From the human T2T-CHM13v2.0 reference genome, Homo sapiens, in NCBI RefSeq assembly GCF_009914755.1, contig NC_060937.1: a DNA stretch of 64,000 nucleotides; one strand, written 5' to 3'. The notes beneath the pieces are model-generated. The model was given only the letters and a program-made list of their open reading frames with translations, had not been told where the DNA came from and did no database searches. Numbering within the stretch: position 1 is the stretch's first letter; each line of letters starts with the position of its first letter. The position numbers and the translations under genes were made by a program. Below are positions 58,933 to 64,000 of the stretch, one piece after another.

Positions 58933-59050
58933 TTGTCTATGGCCACTTTGATGCTACAGCTTCAGAGTTGAGTAGTTGCAACAGAGACCTTGTAGCCTGC
59001 AAAGACTAAAGTACTACCTGACACTTTATAGAGGAAAATTTCTGGTGCTT
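58930..59050. mobile_element. MER58A-like hAT-Charlie half element
   Basis: TATTGTCTATGGCCACTTT..GCTACA..CAGAGTTGAGTAGTTGCAACAGAGACC..GCCTGCAAAG.CTAAA. Confidence 0.8.
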
Positions 59051-59175
59051 TACACTAAATCTTAATCCTTAGAGTAAAAGTTTTAAGACATCTTGTGTTT
59101 TTTCCGTGTACCCAAGTAATTGGCTTCACAGTATTGGAAAAGCACAGGTGTTCATGAAAAAGTAAAATTAGTTAG

Positions 59176-59539
59176 TGATATGGTTTGGCTGTGTCCCCAC
59201 CCAAATCTCATCTTGAATTGTAGCTCCCATAATTCTTACCTCTTGTAGGACGGACCCTGTGGGAGATAATTCAATCATGGGGGCAGTTTCTCTCATACTG
59301 TTCTCGTGGTAGTGAATAGTTCTCACGAGATCTGGTGATTTTATAAGGGGTTTCCGCTTTCACTTGGCTGTCATTCTTTCTCTTGCCTGCCATCATGAAA
59401 GATATGCCTTTTGCCTTCTGCAATGATTGTGAGGCCTCCCCAGACAGATGAAACTGTGAGTCCATTAAACCTATTTTTATTTATAAATTACCCGGTTTTG
59501 AGCATGTCACTATCAGCAACATAAAAACAGACTAATACA
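59176..59539 (+). mobile_element. THE1C-like solo LTR
   Basis: TGATATGGTTTGGCTGTGTCCCCACCCAAATCTCATCTTGAATTGTAGCTCCCATAATT...AACAGACTAATACA. Confidence 0.93.
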
Positions 59540-60564
59540 GAGTTTCACCCATTAGAAGAGTCATAGAACAGGGAAAGAAATGAAAACTCCACACTGAGCC
59601 ATGATTGATTAACCATCACATTCTTTTAGATATGGCATTGATCTGTTCTCTAGCAGCTTGAATCTCTGTGTATGGTATTTCTAAGTAGATTGTGTGATCC
59701 TTCAGGGAAAGTCAGATATTACTGATTGTTTTAACTTCATAGTTCTCATGACAGAGCAGATATTGTAGAAGATATGCTATTAGAATAAATTGAATAAGTG
59801 TTAAAATAGGTACATAATGAGATATTAATTTTATTTCAACATAAATGTTGAACCTTATCATTAATCTTACATAATAGTATTTGCACTGGAAGATCACAAT
59901 GCTGTTTATTATGAGTTTTTGAATTGCTGTACTGCATTATATTGAATTTTAAAATATTTCAATAAAACAGAAGTACCTATTCAAATACCATGTCTCTTTT
60001 CTATACTTTATATTAAGAGGAACATTTAGCTATCACAGTAATGACATAGTAAGTTATCCTCTAAGGTGGTACTTAGCCAATTGGAAATTGTCAAAGAAGA
60101 CATTCAGAATACCAAGTTAATGTTATTGAATTACAGGTATAATCAGTGTATTTAAATATATTGGTTTACTTAATGAAATTAATACTATATTGTGGAGCCT
60201 CAATAAATATTAAACTATGGACTGCATTGATACTCTTGTTGGGAACTGCTGATGCAGTTAGCTGAAACAGTTGTTTTTACTCTTAGTGTATGGTCTAAGG
60301 GAAAGTTTAAACTACTTTTCTTTAAATTTTATTTTTCATTTCATATAATTCCTCTATAATAAATGCAAAAAGCATTCTAGAGTCTGAAATGATAAAAATA
60401 AGTTAAAAAAGCATATTGGACTTAAAAATAATTTCTTTGACCATAAGAGTCATTATGCTATAATAGTATTCTGTAAGTACTAGAAGTGACAGCAATGTGG
60501 AAATGGCCACATTTACTATAGAAAAGATGCTAGAATGCATTTCATATAGAAAATATATTTCCAT

Positions 60565-60770
60565 TATAACTATACTGTATTCTTGAAAAATTCTAAGAAA
60601 GTTGGTGTTAAGCATTCTCGCCACAAAAACAATAACTCTGTGAGGTAACGCATATGTGAATTAGCTAGACTTAACCATTTCACAATGTATATATACTTCA
60701 AAACATCATTTACACAATACATATGTACAATTTTATCTCACAATTAAAAAATAAAATTAAAAAAATAAAA
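60565..60770 (+). mobile_element. L1MA (about L1MA6/7) 3' end
   Basis: TGTGAGGTAACGCATATGTGAATTAGCTAGA..CCATTTCACAATGTATATATACTTCAAAACATC, then an A-rich tail. Confidence 0.82.
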
Positions 60771-62737
60771 TTTCAAGTCTTCCATATGTTAAGAAAAGAG
60801 TTAAGCTGCTGTTCAATTATGTCAAATAAATAAATTAACCATTACATTTCAAAAATAAGAAGATATATTTCTTTTGTCTAAATCACACAATCTATGTTCA
60901 GTGAAGTATTTCTCACATTTTTACAATAATGTACCTTTCGAAAATTGCTTTAGAATGGAGTGCATGAGGAGTCATTTCTCCGAGTTGATGTCAGCTTTAT
61001 TCCTGGTGGGTGATATGGCCAGCAGGGCGGCAGTACACCTAGAACTGTTTATTATATTAGAACAACCCTGCTTCATACAGTTGTTAATTGAACATCAGGG
61101 CCATTGACCATGGTTTCACAGTCCAGTCCTGAGCATTAGAGTTCTAGGAATGGTATTTAGCCAGCTAATTCCAGGAAGGATTATATTGAAGTAATCAATT
61201 AAGTTACATCTAATATAAATATACTAATTGATAAAATAAATGCTAAAGTATTTACTAACCAATGGAGATCTTAACTTTTAACATACCCAATAATGCTCAT
61301 TTACATGGTGCAGCCATTTTAAAGGAGCAAAGTTACTTAGGATAAAACTACAGATCAAAATGTATTTGGAGAATTCATAATTGGAGCAAAGCATGTACAG
61401 CCACTTTATAAAGACAGACTTATCTAGTCTAGAGATATATTTTTGTTTATATAAAGGCTATAGCTCACTAGAAGTAGGATTTCGTTGAGCTGGCATACAG
61501 ATTCTTACTCTTTGTTCTTTTTCCGAAACCTGTCTTCTACAATTTATACAATGTTTCCATTATTTTTGCAAAATTAATATGATTTTGATTAAAACATTTT
61601 GACATTAATTCAATTTTATCCTATCTGATGAATATATATTGATATTAATCAAAGATCTAAAAATTGTGAATGACAAATTTTAAAATTATGACTGAAAGTA
61701 ACATAAAAACTGTATCCTTATATGAAACGTGTATCCAGCCATGCAGGAAATAAACATAACTGTTGATAAAATTATTCTTTTTCTCTCATCTTCTTTCCTA
61801 GTCCCTCCCTTGACTACTTCTTTCTCTCTTTATTTAATTTAAACTAAAAGGTACAGATTTAGATTTTTAAGAAAATATGTTTAAGAACCTGCCATGTGTC
61901 AAATATTGCTCCTATCTGCGATACAGAAATAAGGAAGATTCTAGCTGCCAAATAAATATAATTATTTTAGCTAGTGCAATTAAATTTTACTTAGGAGATT
62001 TCATTCAGAATTTTGAAATGACTAGCTTAATAATATTCATCATGAGACCTGATTTTTTAAATGATTTTTTAGAAGTTTGGTGATTTGCAGAGTTTTAAAA
62101 AATATATTTACTTGCTATAGGACTCTAAAACTAATGTTATCTATGATTTTGTGTTGTGTTTAATTTGTGAACAATCTTATTGCTAATATACAAATGGAAG
62201 GGAAATTAATTCCTCCTACCTGTATTAGGAAGTTGCATTTGCGTTAATATCACCAAGAGAGTATAGCCACAAAACACAAGTAAATGCCTCTTTTTTACAT
62301 TAAAAATTCCTTTTAATGCCAGTTTACCATTAAGTTATATAACTTCATTCACTTGTTCTAGCAAGCAAGATTTTTCATTTGTGAAAATGGTATTTCAGAT
62401 GTTGCTTATTTTCTAATCTCGATATATTAAAATGGAACAAAATGTTCTCTCCAGAGTATCCTAAATGCTCTCTTTCTCTTCTCCTGCCCCAATAGCACTT
62501 AATGCAAGAGTCCTTTTTATTCCCAGTGAATTTAATAAATTAAAATTGCATTTGAGAATTCCACATATTATTATTATTATTGTCTGCACCAGAAATATTC
62601 TTTGGCCTAACCAATCCTGGTTAGACATGTTTTTGGCTTACAGAGATGATGTCATAAGAAGGAAAGACACTTACAATAACGACAAAGATGATATGGAGGA
62701 AATTTAAGCTAATGTTATGGGATATACATTAGGAGAG

Positions 62738-62796
62738 ACACCCACGCACCCCACCCCCCAGCCACACACACAGACACACGCACACACACACACACT
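62738..62796. repeat. Imperfect (CA)n microsatellite
   Basis: CACCCACGCACCCC...CACACACAGACACACGCACACACACACAC. Confidence 0.85.
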
Positions 62797-63139
62797 CAAA
62801 TAATTTAGGCCTGATTAATATAAACATATTTGTAAGAAAATTAAGATCAACCAAAAAAAAAACCACTGAATCTTAATTTTTATTGTTTTCATTGGAAATC
62901 CTTGTGCTCTACTGAGAACTCAGTGATTCAGATGGGAGAATTGCTGGAGGTAGAGCCTTTATATCATACATAGCCACCCTCCTTTGAGAGTTGAAGAGAC
63001 ACTTACCTGGCCTGACTGAAGGTCAGGGACACATTGTCAAGGTTATTGTGCAGTGCCATTGCTACACAGGGGAAGCTTCATCATATTCTCATTTGATTCC
63101 TATGGAATCACAGGCAACGGTGATCATTTGTTTGAAACC

Positions 63140-63295
63140 CATGAGCTTTGAAGCCCAACACACCTGAATATCCAACATTCCTCTTTCACTCATTAGCTAA
63201 ACTACCTTTAACAAGTTACTAAAGTCACATATAACTCAATTTTCTTTATATAAAAATTATATTAGTCCCTGCTTCATGCAATTGTTAATTGAACA
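63140..63295 (+). mobile_element. MIR fragment
   Basis: GAGCTTTGAAGCCCAACACACCTG..CACTCATTAGCT..ACAAGTTACTAA..CTCAATTTTCTTTATATAAAAAT. Confidence 0.6.
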
Positions 63296-63593
63296 TCTAC
63301 TATAAAACTGCCTGTTAATATTATTCTTTATAATACAGTAAATCTTGACTCCAATTATGATTTTGCCTTTTGATTTTGACATTATAGATGAATTGTCTTG
63401 CCTCAAATCAAACAAATCTCATTTCTCATTTTATTTTAATGCTCCTAATTATCTATGTCTTAAATAAAACGCATTGGTTCTGTTTGGTCGTTATCTTACA
63501 TGTCTTTTCAAAAGAATTTAATTGGCTCCTTTCACTTCCTTTTGTATATCACTTTTCAGTTTCCTAGTGGAGGTTTAGGCTCTGTTGCAGGCA

Positions 63594-63665
63594 TACATGT
63601 GCATGTGTGTTTGTGAATACTTGTGTATGTACATCTGTGCATGTGTACTTGTGTGTGTTTATGTC
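63594..63665. repeat. Imperfect (TG)-rich tract
   Basis: TGTGCATGTGTGTTTGTG...TGTGCATGTGTACTTGTGTGTG. Confidence 0.7.
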
Positions 63666-64000
63666 TATTTTAGGCCTCAAACTTAGACAAATTTAAAGTT
63701 GTTAGAGGAAAATTGTACTGGGGCCAAACCTCCTTTGATCACTCTGCAAACAAGCAGTCCTACAATGTGAGCTGAATTTATCCTGTACTCACAAGTCCTG
63801 CCCCTTTTCTGCCATCCTTTCTGGCTACTCTTTGTATTTTTTGTTGACTATTCTGCAGATTTTCACCACTGAATAATGAGTTTTTCAATACTCCACTATA
63901 AGCTTTCTTTTACTTCTCAATTAATATTGTTTTCTTGAATGATTGCATTCATCCTTAAAGTTTCAATTGCTCTCAAAGTGTATCCTTAACACAAATCTCT

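Noticed and set aside
61016-61036. CTCF-like site TGGCCAGCAGGGCGGCAG
   Set aside because: It has an extra base in the core relative to CCAGCAGGGGGCAG, which breaks the motif spacing.

Overview
Primate (catarrhine, probably human or great ape, since AluY-type elements are present) AT-rich, repeat-dense non-coding genomic DNA, either intergenic or deep intronic. I found no recognisable host protein-coding gene, tRNA, rRNA or CpG island. The informative ORFs in the track come from decayed transposons: an L1PA ORF2 reverse-transcriptase fragment (44.5-46.9 kb) and a Tigger2 transposase (54.5-56.1 kb). The rest are Alu/L1/LTR reading frames or low-complexity artefacts. The window holds about 11 Alu/FLAM elements, many L1 pieces, THE1/MST/MLT1/MLT2 LTRs, MIR/L2 relics, hAT and pogo DNA transposons, and microsatellites. 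I cannot support a new biological system here. The most notable unexplained structures are: a perfect 45-bp copy of an ancient L1 5'UTR segment 3.1 kb away; a two-segment local copy inserted into an L2; a ~250-bp AT-rich fold-back palindrome; a candidate 18-nt frame-preserving microexon; two twin-primed (5'-inverted) L1s; a collapsed MSTA provirus with an intact TSD; and a tailless internal L1 fragment. Repeat subfamily calls come from recalled consensus sequences, not from a search, and boundaries of old elements are approximate.
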